Positions 19,911-28,904 of a DNA stretch of 64,000 nt are shown here, piece after piece. The translations under genes were made by a program, and so were the position numbers. Source of the stretch: Myxococcota bacterium (GTDB lineage: Bacteria; Myxococcota_A; UBA9160; SZUA-336); assembly GCA_965247115.1 (NCBI GenBank), contig CBDFGR010000003.1, positions 608,821 to 672,820 of the forward strand, written 5' to 3'. Under the pieces are notes generated by a model. It was not told the DNA's origin. It saw only the letters and a list, made by a program, of their open reading frames with translations, and made no database searches. Every line of letters starts with the position of its first letter. The first letter of the stretch is position 1.

Positions 19911-20013
19911 AAGCTTCTGCCGAATCCAGGGCCCGCGATCGTCCGCGGGGCCGTGAACTTCGCTCAGCCAGGCGCTGCCGACAAGCCGACCCGGGAGACT
20001 AGCTCCGCCGGGA

Positions 20014-20799
20014 CTATTCGAGGAGCCGCAGGTACTCCTTCGACTTGCGCCCCCACTCGCCCTTGCCGCCGCGGTCTGCGGCGACGCGCAGGTGCTCGAT
20101 CGCGTGGGCCAGCTGGCCCAGCTTTACGTGGGCCCGAGCCATGCGGAAGCGGGCCTCGATCTCGATGGTCCGTGCGCCCTGCATGGGCCGATCCCTGGCG
20201 ATCTCCACGGTGCGGCGGAAGTAGCGGAGGGCCTCGACCAAATCGCCCAGCTCGTAGAGCACGATCCCCAGATCCAGATGGGCCTCGAGGTTGCCGGCCT
20301 CCAGGCTCACGGCCTGCACGAAGGCGTCCTTTGCGAGGTTCAGGTTCCCGGACTTGTAGTGAGCCCAGCCCATGTTGACCAGCGCGCGAGACGGGCCAAT
20401 GAAGGTCGGGTCGTCGAGCAGCTTCCGGTTCTCGACGATGGCCTCCGCCCAGTTCTCTCGCTGGAGGAGCACTGCCCCCAGGTTGAGCCGCGCCTCCTGG
20501 TGGCCCGGCTCCAGCCGCAACGCCTCACGAAGCTGCGCCTCCGCGTCGCCAAAGAGTCCCTTGATCCGGTAGGCCTCGGCCAGCCCGAAGTAGGTCTCTG
20601 GATCCGCCGGATGAAGCTGCAGCGAGCGTCGGTATTCGCGAATCGCGAGCTCGTACTGGCCCTTCGACAGCTTGATGTCGCCTAGACGTCGCAGCATGTC
20701 GGCTCTCGAGAGGTCCTCTGGGCTCCGGCTGGTGGCGCAGCCTGAGAGCGCGAGACACGCGACGCCGAACACGGCGATGAATCGGAGCCTGGGCTTCAT
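20014..20799 (-). CDS. TPR-repeat lipoprotein (PilW/PilF-like)
   Basis: LALSGC lipobox followed by about six TPR units. Size and architecture resemble type IV pilus biogenesis/stability lipoproteins. Confidence 0.55.
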   Translation of the reverse strand: MKPRLRFIAVFGVACLALSGCATSRSPEDLSRADMLRRLGDIKLSKGQYELAIREYRRSLQLHPADPETYFGLAEAYRIKGLFGDAEAQLREALRLEPGHQEARLNLGAVLLQRENWAEAIVENRKLLDDPTFIGPSRALVNMGWAHYKSGNLNLAKDAFVQAVSLEAGNLEAHLDLGIVLYELGDLVEALRYFRRTVEIARDRPMQGARTIEIEARFRMARAHVKLGQLAHAIEHLRVAADRGGKGEWGRKSKEYLRLLE

Positions 20800-20810
20800 G
20801 TGGAATCTCC

Positions 20811-22070
20811 TCAGAAAAATGAAAGCAGGCGACCCAGCGAGGAGATCTGGCGTCGATCGCCTCCCTCCCTGCGGATGAGGTCGACCTTCCCGAGCACTGC
20901 GCCAGGCCTCGCAGTCGCGAAGCCACCCTTGCCCCCGATCTCTGCCTCGATGGTCTCCTCGTCAGAGAATTCGAGCATCGGCTCTCCGTGGAGCTGTTCC
21001 AGGTCATCGATCTCTGCAGGCTCCACATCAACCACTTCGGAGTCCGCGCTCTCGGCGAACTCGAAGACGTTTGGCTCCGAGACCGGAGACACGAGGTCCG
21101 TTTCCTCGCTGGCTGGCACCGGGACGTTCAGATCGAGCGAAACCGGCGTATCGTCATTGAAGAGGTCGACCGGCTCGAGTACGACGGACTCGAGCGAGAG
21201 CACTTCCTCCGCCGCGGCCTCGACTGGTTGCCCGGTCTCGACCGGCGTTCCCAGCTCCATGGCCTCGATCACGAAGGGCTCGGACTCGACCGTACCCTCC
21301 TCGGACCCGGACGCCCAGGAGCTGGCGCTCATCGGCTCTAGCACCATGGGCTCCTCGGCCGCCGTGCCCGGTTGCTCCGGCTCGATCAGTGGAGCCGAGG
21401 GGGTCGGTGCCGTCGGTGCATCGGCCTCCGCAAAGAGAGCCTCCAACGTGATCTCTTCCGGAGGCTCCACGTCCACCGGCGACACGATCTCCTCCACCGG
21501 CTCCAGCAGGGGCGAGTCGGATTCGATCGGACTTCCGAAGCGCTCGGTGCTGTCTCCATCGGGGTACACGTCGACGGGCTCCAGGAGAATTGCCTCTTCG
21601 TCGTTCGACGCCTCGACTGCTGGGGCCGCGCCGACGGGTGCCGCTACAGCTGCATCGTTCTCCAGGGCGGCGAGTGGCTGCTCGGGCGCGGAGGACAGAC
21701 GGACCTTTCGGATCAGGTTCCAGTTGAGCAGCCGCTTCGCGCGCCCTGCGTCATCGAGCTCCTGAAAACGGAAATCATCCATGCTGAAGCCCATGGCACC
21801 CGCAAAGCGCAGGGCCTCCGCCTGAGCCAGCGCAAGCATGGACTCGTCAGTGAGCGGCTCGGAATACATGTACCGCTCGACGTGCGGGGGCTCGATGAAG
21901 CGGATCAGGACGGCTACGAAGCCGCGCGACCCGTTCCACACGCTCGAGACTCCGGCTACTGCGGATCCCGAGTGATCATCGATCTGGATGTCCTCGGGAC
22001 GACTGGAGAAGGAGAGTCCACGCAGCAAGTCGGCGCGTAGCGCCGTCGGACCATCCTCCTTCCTGAACAT
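20811..22070 (-). CDS. hypothetical protein: globular N-domain, long acidic repeat region, basic C-terminal tail
   Basis: 419-aa ORF ending 12 nt upstream of the TPR lipoprotein gene. Reiterated LEPV(D/E)-type acidic motifs. No domain recognised. Confidence 0.6.
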   Translation of the reverse strand: MFRKEDGPTALRADLLRGLSFSSRPEDIQIDDHSGSAVAGVSSVWNGSRGFVAVLIRFIEPPHVERYMYSEPLTDESMLALAQAEALRFAGAMGFSMDDFRFQELDDAGRAKRLLNWNLIRKVRLSSAPEQPLAALENDAAVAAPVGAAPAVEASNDEEAILLEPVDVYPDGDSTERFGSPIESDSPLLEPVEEIVSPVDVEPPEEITLEALFAEADAPTAPTPSAPLIEPEQPGTAAEEPMVLEPMSASSWASGSEEGTVESEPFVIEAMELGTPVETGQPVEAAAEEVLSLESVVLEPVDLFNDDTPVSLDLNVPVPASEETDLVSPVSEPNVFEFAESADSEVVDVEPAEIDDLEQLHGEPMLEFSDEETIEAEIGGKGGFATARPGAVLGKVDLIRREGGDRRQISSLGRLLSFF

Positions 22071-22164
22071 CCGGCCCCCCGGTGGCGACCCGCCGGGAGG
22101 CAGAGCCGCGCAAAGGGGAGTATCGGAGCGATCCGGGAGGACTTGAGCCAGCAGCTGCGTACTT

Positions 22165-22318
22165 GTGGGACCCGGCGCGCGGGCGGCCGCGCGCCACCCA
22201 CCTTCGCTCAGGCCTGCGGCCTTCGCTGCGCGCGCCGCGGCCGCGGCGCTTGCTGTGGGACCCGGCGCGCGGGCGGCCGCGCGCCACCCGCCTTCGCTCA
22301 GGCCTACGGCCTTCGCTG
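22165..22318 (+). repeat. two tandem copies (second truncated) of the ~87-bp REP-like unit
   Basis: GTGGGACCCGGCGCGCGGGCGGCCGCGCGCCACCC...GCGGCGCTTGC at 22165-22253, restarting at 22255. Same family as 7530-7617. Confidence 0.85.
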
Positions 22319-22340
22319 GCGGTTGTTGTGGGGGGTGGGG

Positions 22341-23243
22341 TTAGAAGTGCGTGAGGGAGCGGAACTCTGCGTAGCGGTCGTCGACTTCGGCGCGGGTTAG
22401 GGGGCGTAGGCGGTCTAGGCTGAAGCGCTCGACGCAGAAGGATGCGAGGGTGGAGCCGTAGATGATGGCGCGGCGTAGGGATTGCGGGTCGCTGGGATCT
22501 GAGCCGGCGAGGGCGCCCATGAAGCCTCCGGCGAAGCTGTCGCCTGCGCCGGTGGGGTCCTGGACCTCCCGCAGAGGGAAGGCGGGGGCGGCGAAGATGC
22601 CGTCTGTGTCGAACAGCAGTGCGCCGTGCTCGCCCCGTTTGATGACGACTGTGGTGGGGCCCAGCTCCCGGATTTTCTCTGCAGCCCGAACCAGGTTGGA
22701 CTCACCCGTCAGCTGCTGGGCCTCCTCGTCGTTGATGATCAAGCCATCGACGCGCGCGAGCGTCTGACGCAGCTCTGCGGAGGTTCCCTCGATCCAGAAG
22801 TTCATCGTATCCATCGCGACGAACCGCGGAGACCTGGTCTGCTCGAGCACGGTCAGCTGCAACGAGGGGTGGATGTTCGCCAGAAAGACGAGTTCCGAAT
22901 CCCGGTACGCCTCTGGCAGCTTCGGCTCGAAGTTCTCGAACACACCGAGCTCGGTGAAGAGCGTGTCGCGCCGGTTCATCGACGCGTGGTACCGCCCTCC
23001 CCAGCGAAACGTCGGCCCATCCGCCCGCTGGATGCCCTGGATGTCGATGCCCTTGGCGCTCAGAAAGTCGAGGTGCTCCTGCGGGAAGTCCGTTCCCGCA
23101 ACGCCGACGGCCCGAACCCGGGCAAAGAAGCTGGATGCGACGGCGAAATAGCAGGCTGCCCCGCCCAGTACCGCCTTCGCGTTTCCGGTCGGCGCCTCGA
23201 TGTCATCGAGCGCCACCGAACCGACGACCAGGACGTTCGACAC
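22341..23243 (-). CDS. PfkB-family carbohydrate kinase
   Basis: VLVVGSVALDDI... and DPTGAGDSFAGGF, the ribokinase-family signature. Confidence 0.8.
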   Translation of the reverse strand: MSNVLVVGSVALDDIEAPTGNAKAVLGGAACYFAVASSFFARVRAVGVAGTDFPQEHLDFLSAKGIDIQGIQRADGPTFRWGGRYHASMNRRDTLFTELGVFENFEPKLPEAYRDSELVFLANIHPSLQLTVLEQTRSPRFVAMDTMNFWIEGTSAELRQTLARVDGLIINDEEAQQLTGESNLVRAAEKIRELGPTTVVIKRGEHGALLFDTDGIFAAPAFPLREVQDPTGAGDSFAGGFMGALAGSDPSDPQSLRRAIIYGSTLASFCVERFSLDRLRPLTRAEVDDRYAEFRSLTHF

Positions 23244-24122
23244 TCAGCTCACGCCCGGCGCGGCCTGCCTCAGCGTCTCACCGATCTGTGCCGGAGATTC
23301 CGCGATCGGGATGCCGACCTTCTCGAGCACGCGCTTCTTCTCCTCCGCCGTTCCGCGCCCCCCGGAGATGATCGCTCCAGCGTGCCCCATGCGCTTGCCG
23401 GGCGGTGCGGTGGCGCCGGCGACGAAGCAGACGACAGGCTTGGTCATCTCGCTCTGCACGAACTCCGCGGCCTCCTCTTCGGCCGTACCGCCGATCTCTC
23501 CAATCATCACCACGGCCTTCGTCTGCTCATCAGCCTGAAACAGCGCGAGGGTGTCGACAAAGCTCATGCCGGGGATGGGATCCCCGCCGATGCCCACGCA
23601 GGTCGTCTGACCGATGTCGAGGCGCGTGAGCTGGTCGACGGCCTCGTACGTGAGCGTGCCCGAACGGGACACCACACCGACGCTGCCGGGCTTGAAGATC
23701 GAGTAGGGGGCAATCCCAATGCGGACCCTCTGCACCGGATCCAGGAGCCCGGGACAGTTCGGTCCGATCAGACGGGCCTCCGAGTCCCGCATCATGGCGC
23801 GCACGCGCAACATATCGCGAACCGGCACGTGCTCGGTGATTGCACAGATCAGCTTGATCCCCGCGTCGATGGCCTCGAGGATCGCGTCCGCAGCGCCCGC
23901 CGGGGGCACGAAGAGCGCCGAGGCGTTGGCCCCCGTCTCCCTCACCGCGTCGCGGCAGGCGTGGAAGACGGGCAGGCCGCAGAGCTCTTGACCGCCCCTG
24001 CCCGGGGTCACTCCAGCAACGACCTTTGTACCGTACTCGAGCGACAGCGTAGTGTGTTGCTGGCCCACCCGGCCCATGCCCTGGATCAGAACCCGCGTAT
24101 TCGCGTCGACCAGGATACTCAC
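23244..24122 (-). CDS. sucD: succinyl-CoA synthetase alpha subunit
   Basis: VLIQGMG..., SRSGTLTYE and GHAGAIISGGRGTA (phospho-His loop). Confidence 0.93.
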   Translation of the reverse strand: MSILVDANTRVLIQGMGRVGQQHTTLSLEYGTKVVAGVTPGRGGQELCGLPVFHACRDAVRETGANASALFVPPAGAADAILEAIDAGIKLICAITEHVPVRDMLRVRAMMRDSEARLIGPNCPGLLDPVQRVRIGIAPYSIFKPGSVGVVSRSGTLTYEAVDQLTRLDIGQTTCVGIGGDPIPGMSFVDTLALFQADEQTKAVVMIGEIGGTAEEEAAEFVQSEMTKPVVCFVAGATAPPGKRMGHAGAIISGGRGTAEEKKRVLEKVGIPIAESPAQIGETLRQAAPGVS

Positions 24123-25276
24123 TGGCTCACCGCCTCCATGATCTTCTCCGCGGCATCTCGCATACCGTCCGCTGGCGTGATGCCGAGTCCCGCGTTCGCG
24201 AGCATCTCACGAGCCTTCTCGGCGTTCGTCCCGTCGACTCGTACGACCAGCGGGACCACCACGTTGAGGTTCTTCGCAGCCTGAATGATGCCCTCGGCGA
24301 CCAGATCACAGAGCACGATCCCACCGAAGATGTTGACGAGGATTCCCTCCACGTTCCCGTCAGAGAGAATCAGGCGAAACGCCTCGCTGACTCGCTCGAC
24401 GTCGGCGCTGCCTCCAATGTCGAGAAAGTTCGCCGGCTCCCCACCCTGTTGCTTGATGATATCCATGGTCGCCATCGCCAGTCCGGCGCCGTTCACCATG
24501 CAGCCGATGTTCCCGGAGAGCGACACCCATGACAGATCGTGCTCGGCGGCCTGACGCTCTCGCTCGTCCTCCTCGTCTGGATCGCGCAGCGCCTCGATGT
24601 CGGGGTGACGGCGAAGAGCGTTGTCATCGAAGTTGAGCTTGCAGTCGAGCGGGATCACGTCTTCGCCCGAGAGGATCAGCGGGTTGATCTCGGCGAGCGA
24701 GCAGTCCGTGTCGACGAACAGGCGGTACAGCTTGGTCAGCAGGCCGATGAACTTGGCGACGTGACCCGGCGAGAGTCCGAGATCCAGGCCGAGGTTCCGC
24801 GCCTGGTAGTCGCAGATGCCCGCGAGGGGGTCGACTTGCACCGTCAGGATCTTCTCGGGGGACTCCCCCGCGACCTGCTCGATCTCCACGCCACCCTCGG
24901 TGGAGGCGAGGACGGCGACGTTCTGCGTCGCGCGATCGACGAGAATCGCGAGGTAGAGCTCGTCGTCGATCTCGCTGAGCGCCTCTACGTACACCTTCTG
25001 CACCTTCTTGCCATCGGGCCCCGTCTGCGGGGTGACGAGCTGCATCCCGAGCATGTCCTCTGCGATCTGGCGCGCATCCCCAGTCGATCGGGCCACGCGG
25101 ATACCGCCTCCTTTGCCCCGCCCGCCTGCGTGAATCTGAGCCTTGATGACGACCTCTCCCCCGACGTCCGTGGCCGCTTCCTCTGCCGCGTCCGGCGAGC
25201 TCGCGGCCCTACCCGGCGGCACCTCGATGCCGAACTCTCGCAATAGCGCCTTGGCCTGGTACTCGTGGACATTCAT
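24119..25276 (-). CDS. sucC: succinyl-CoA synthetase beta subunit
   Basis: ATG at 25276 gives MNVHEYQAKALLREFGI..., the canonical SucC start. ATGA overlap with sucD. Confidence 0.93.
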   Translation of the reverse strand: MNVHEYQAKALLREFGIEVPPGRAASSPDAAEEAATDVGGEVVIKAQIHAGGRGKGGGIRVARSTGDARQIAEDMLGMQLVTPQTGPDGKKVQKVYVEALSEIDDELYLAILVDRATQNVAVLASTEGGVEIEQVAGESPEKILTVQVDPLAGICDYQARNLGLDLGLSPGHVAKFIGLLTKLYRLFVDTDCSLAEINPLILSGEDVIPLDCKLNFDDNALRRHPDIEALRDPDEEDERERQAAEHDLSWVSLSGNIGCMVNGAGLAMATMDIIKQQGGEPANFLDIGGSADVERVSEAFRLILSDGNVEGILVNIFGGIVLCDLVAEGIIQAAKNLNVVVPLVVRVDGTNAEKAREMLANAGLGITPADGMRDAAEKIMEAVSQ

Positions 25277-25292
25277 CTGTTTGCGACGCCCT

Positions 25293-26222
25293 TCAGAGCT
25301 TGATACCGGCGACCAGCGCCTGCACGTGCGAAATGCTCTCGTCGAGCTGGGCGCGCTCGTCCGGCTCAAGCTCGAGCTCGTAAATCTGCTCGACGCCAGC
25401 GGCTCCGAGCTTGCAGGGGACCCCCACGTAGATGCCCGACGTCCCGTACTCGCCTTCCAGGTAGGCCGCGCATGGGAAGACGCGCTTCTGGTCGCGCAGC
25501 ACGGCCGCCGCCATCGCGACCGACGCGACGGCGGGCGAGACGAACGCCGAGCCCGTCTTCAGGAGTCCTACGATCTCGCCACCCGCTCCCTGTACGCGCT
25601 TCACGATCTCGTCGATCTTGTGGCGTGGCAGCAGGTCGAGCAGCGGAATGCCGCTCACGCTGCAGTAGCGGGGCAGCGGGACCATGGTGTCGCCGTGACC
25701 ACCGAGGACCATCGCAACCACATCCCGGACCGCAACGCCGAGCTCCTGACTGACGAAGTACTTGAAGCGGGCGCTGTCGAGTACTCCGGCCATGCCGAAG
25801 ACGCGCTCCTTGGGAAAACCCGTGAGCTCCTTCATCGCCCAGACCATGGCATCGAGCGGGTTGGAGACCACGATGACGATCGCAGCGGGCGAGTGGGTGC
25901 GGATTCCCTCCGCCACCTGCCGGATGATCGCGAGGTTCGTGTTCAGTAGATCGTCGCGGCTCATACCCGGCTTGCGCGCCAGTCCGGCAGTGACAATGTA
26001 GAGATCTGAGCCTGCGGTATCGGCGTAGTCGTTCGTTCCGGTAACGCTCGACGCGCTGCCCCAGGCCTCCAGCGCGTGGCCGATATCGAGTGCCTTGCCC
26101 TGGGGCACACCCTCGATCACGTCGAACAGGACGACGTCGCCCAGCCTCGACTCCGCGATCAGCTGGGCCTGGACCCCGCCGATGTTCCCGGCCCCGACGA
26201 GCGAGACCTTGGGTCTGCCCAC
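25293..26222 (-). CDS. mdh: malate dehydrogenase (LDH-like family)
   Basis: KVSLVGAGNIGG..., ITAGLARKPGMSRDDL and GGHGDTMVPL. Confidence 0.9.
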   Translation of the reverse strand: MGRPKVSLVGAGNIGGVQAQLIAESRLGDVVLFDVIEGVPQGKALDIGHALEAWGSASSVTGTNDYADTAGSDLYIVTAGLARKPGMSRDDLLNTNLAIIRQVAEGIRTHSPAAIVIVVSNPLDAMVWAMKELTGFPKERVFGMAGVLDSARFKYFVSQELGVAVRDVVAMVLGGHGDTMVPLPRYCSVSGIPLLDLLPRHKIDEIVKRVQGAGGEIVGLLKTGSAFVSPAVASVAMAAAVLRDQKRVFPCAAYLEGEYGTSGIYVGVPCKLGAAGVEQIYELELEPDERAQLDESISHVQALVAGIKL

Positions 26223-26223
26223 C

Positions 26224-27474
26224 TCAAGACTCCATGTTCTCGAGAATGGCGTCGCCGAACTCGGAGCACTTGAGCATAGTCGCGCCTTCCATCAGCCGGT
26301 GGAAGTCGTACGTGACGCGCTTCTGGGCGATCGCCCTCGAGATTCCCCTCTCGATCAGGTCCGCCGCTTCGCCCCATCCCATGTGATTGAGCATCATGAC
26401 GCCGGAAAGGATCACCGAGCTCGGGTTCACCTTGTCCTGGCCCGCGTACTTGGGGGCCGTCCCGTGTGTGGCCTCGAAGATGCCGTGTCCGGTCTCGTAG
26501 TTGATGTTGGCCCCCGGAGCGATGCCGATGCCCCCGACCTGGGCGGCCAGCGCGTCAGACAGGTAGTCGCCGTTCAGGTTCAGCGTGGCGATGACGTCGA
26601 ACTCGCGCGGACGAGTCAGTACTTGCTGGAGCGTGATGTCCGCGATCGCGTCCTTGACCAGGATCTGACCGTCCGGCGGTTTTCCGTCGCAGTCGTCCCA
26701 GCCGATGGCCTTGCCACTGAACTCGCGCCGCGTGAGCTCGTAGCCCCAATCCCGGAAGGCACCCTCGGTGAACTTCATGATGTTCCCCTTGTGCACCAGG
26801 GTGACGCTCTTGCGGTCGTGCTCGATCGCGTAGTTGATCGCCGCGCGGACCAGGCGCTCGGTACCCTCGCGGGAAACGGGCTTGACGCCGATGCCGCTCG
26901 TGTCCGGAAACCGGATCTTGTCTACGCCGAGCTCCTCGCGCAGAAACTCAATGACCTTCTTCGCCCCGGGACTCTCGGCCTCCCACTCGATGCCGGCGTA
27001 GATGTCCTCCGAGTTCTCGCGGAAGATCGCGATATCCACGTCCTGGGGCCGCTTGACCGGGCTGGGAACTCCCTCGTACCAGCGGACGGGTCGCAGGCAG
27101 ACGTACAGATCGAGGATCTGGCGCAGGGCGACATTGAGGCTGCGGATGCCGCCTCCAACGGGTGTTGTCAGCGGGCCTTTGATGCCGACGAGCAGCTCGC
27201 GAAACTTGTCCACAGTGTCGTCGGGAAGCCACTCGCCCGTCGCGTCGAAGGCCTTCTGTCCAGCGAGCACTTCGTGCCATGCGATCGTACGGCTACCGCC
27301 GAACGCCTTCTCGACGGCGCCGTTGAACACACGCACCGACGCAGCCCATATGTCCGGTCCGGTTCCGTCGCCCTCGATGAACGCGATGATCGGGTCGTCC
27401 GGGACCTCGAGAGATCCGTCGGGACGACGTCGGATCGCGGTTCCGGGCAGGCGCACTAGGTCTGCGGCAGCCAT
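26224..27474 (-). CDS. icd: NADP-dependent isocitrate dehydrogenase
   Basis: ATG at 27474 is preceded by [30 protein letters not shown] and [10 protein letters not shown]. Confidence 0.92.
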   Translation of the reverse strand: MAAADLVRLPGTAIRRRPDGSLEVPDDPIIAFIEGDGTGPDIWAASVRVFNGAVEKAFGGSRTIAWHEVLAGQKAFDATGEWLPDDTVDKFRELLVGIKGPLTTPVGGGIRSLNVALRQILDLYVCLRPVRWYEGVPSPVKRPQDVDIAIFRENSEDIYAGIEWEAESPGAKKVIEFLREELGVDKIRFPDTSGIGVKPVSREGTERLVRAAINYAIEHDRKSVTLVHKGNIMKFTEGAFRDWGYELTRREFSGKAIGWDDCDGKPPDGQILVKDAIADITLQQVLTRPREFDVIATLNLNGDYLSDALAAQVGGIGIAPGANINYETGHGIFEATHGTAPKYAGQDKVNPSSVILSGVMMLNHMGWGEAADLIERGISRAIAQKRVTYDFHRLMEGATMLKCSEFGDAILENMES

Positions 27475-27541
27475 CCCCTCGTCCTCCTCAGTCGGCGCGC
27501 AGTATAGTGGCGCACCCTGGGAGCGGCAAGCTGAGCGCGAC

Positions 27542-28174
27542 TCAAGCGCTCGTTCGCTCCACGCGCCGTGCCGCCTGTTCAAACTCGCTACGCAGCTCGT
27601 CGTACGTCCTCGTCACGGGATACTGAGGAAACTCCGCGACGACGTTGTCTGGCGGACGAAACAGAATACCGGCATCGGCGACTGCGAGCATACTCGTGTC
27701 GTTGTACGAATCCCCGGCGGCGATCGTTCGGAAGTTGAGCTCGCGCAGGTGAATCACCGATTCCCGCTTCTGATCGGACATGCGCAGGCGGTAGTCCGTG
27801 ATGCGTCCGGACGCATCTATCTCGAGGTCGTGACAGAACAAGGTGGGGAACCCCAGCTTGCGCATCAGCGGCTCTGCAAACTGGTAGAACGTGTCGGAGA
27901 GGACCACGACCTGAAAGTGCTCGCGCAGCCAGGCCAGAAACCCCTCCGCTCCCTCGAGCGGATCGAGCTCGGCGATCACACGCTGAATGTCGCCAATTCC
28001 AAGCTGATGCCGCTCGAGGATCTCCAGACGTCCGCGCATGAGCACGTCGTAGTCCGGCTCGTCCCGCGTGGTGCGTCGCAGCGCAGGGATGCCCGTCCGC
28101 TCGGCAACGTTGATCCAGACCTCGGGAACGAGCACCCCCTCCAGATCCAGACACGCGATGATCACATCGCGCAA
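27542..28174 (-). CDS. thrH: phosphoserine phosphatase / homoserine phosphotransferase ThrH
   Basis: Near-collinear with Pseudomonas ThrH as I recall it: [26 protein letters not shown], VVxLSDTFY and AAGDSYNDT. Confidence 0.8.
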   Translation of the reverse strand: MRDVIIACLDLEGVLVPEVWINVAERTGIPALRRTTRDEPDYDVLMRGRLEILERHQLGIGDIQRVIAELDPLEGAEGFLAWLREHFQVVVLSDTFYQFAEPLMRKLGFPTLFCHDLEIDASGRITDYRLRMSDQKRESVIHLRELNFRTIAAGDSYNDTSMLAVADAGILFRPPDNVVAEFPQYPVTRTYDELRSEFEQAARRVERTSA

Positions 28175-28227
28175 TCTAACAGATCGTGTTGCAGGGACTG
28201 CGGCGACCGCTTGCAGGGACCCACGCC

Positions 28228-28339
28228 GTTGGAGGTCGGGAACGTCCCCCGGCGGACTCCGCTCCCTGCGTGCTCAGGGGAGTTGCTCGCCTCTGGCACC
28301 GCTACCACAGTCCGCCGGGGGACGTTCCCGACCTCCAAC
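28228..28339. repeat. perfect 31-bp inverted repeat with a 50-nt spacer
   Basis: GTTGGAGGTCGGGAACGTCCCCCGGCGGACT (28228-28258) and its exact reverse complement (28309-28339). Confidence 0.9.
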
Positions 28340-28360
28340 TACTTGCCTGGCCGGCAACCT

Positions 28361-28444
28361 GCAAGCGCCGCGAATGCGCGCGCAGCGAAGGGCTTGGCCC
28401 TGAGCGGAGGTGGGTGGCCGCGGCCGCCCGCGGCCGGGTCCCAC
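28361..28444 (-). repeat. single inverted copy of the ~87-bp REP-like unit
   Basis: GCAAGCGCCGCG...GAGCGGAGGTGGGTGGCCGCGGCCGCCCGCGGCCGGGTCCCAC, almost identical to 7850-7936. Confidence 0.85.
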
Positions 28445-28460
28445 AAGGTAGGATCGGAGG

Positions 28461-28904
28461 ATGGAAGAGCGGGCACTCGTGAAACGAGAAGGGACGGCTA
28501 TCGATCGAACGGCGCGGCGGTGGGCGCTCGCGCGGGATGTGATCGCGCTGCAGCTCAAGCTGGTGCTCGAGGGGATCCGGGACGTGGTGCTGGGTCCGCT
28601 GGGGCTGATCGCAGGGCTCGCGGGCGTCCTTACCGATCCGGAACGGCCCGCTCGCCTGTTTCGCGGGGTGCTGCGCGGCGGCGTGCGCTTCGATCGGTGG
28701 CTCAACCTCTTCGGAGCTCTGGAGCGCTGCGACGCACACGACCCCGAAGAGCCCGCGCTCCCAGTTGAGACGAGCGCGGATGACTGGCTCAACAAGATCG
28801 AGCAAGCGGTCGTCGACCAGTACGAGAGAGGTAGTCTCACGCGTTCCGCAAAGGATCGCATCGATCGCCTCATCGGCGCCGCTCAGAAGAGGACCAGTCC
28901 CTAG
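28461..28904 (+). CDS. hypothetical protein with a hydrophobic central segment
   Basis: 147-aa ORF with good GC3 bias. No domain recognised. Confidence 0.45.
   Translation: MEERALVKREGTAIDRTARRWALARDVIALQLKLVLEGIRDVVLGPLGLIAGLAGVLTDPERPARLFRGVLRGGVRFDRWLNLFGALERCDAHDPEEPALPVETSADDWLNKIEQAVVDQYERGSLTRSAKDRIDRLIGAAQKRTSP

Noticed and set aside
19911-20013. Mg2+ riboswitch (M-box) upstream of mgtE
   Set aside because: Only ~100 nt are available upstream and I see none of the conserved M-box helices or motifs.
22165-22318. Possible CRISPR array (tandem ~90-bp repeats)
   Set aside because: There are fewer than two complete copies, directly abutting with no spacers. The unit is far longer than CRISPR repeats and recurs singly and inverted elsewhere. 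No cas genes are present.
22626-24284. 552-aa plus-strand ORF across the pfkB-like and sucD genes
   Set aside because: It is antisense to two well-supported genes. The composition is low-complexity Arg/Asp/His-rich and no domain is recognisable.
27002-28768. 588-aa plus-strand ORF
   Set aside because: It runs antisense through icd and thrH, then straight through the 31-bp inverted repeat and the REP unit. It cannot be a single real gene.
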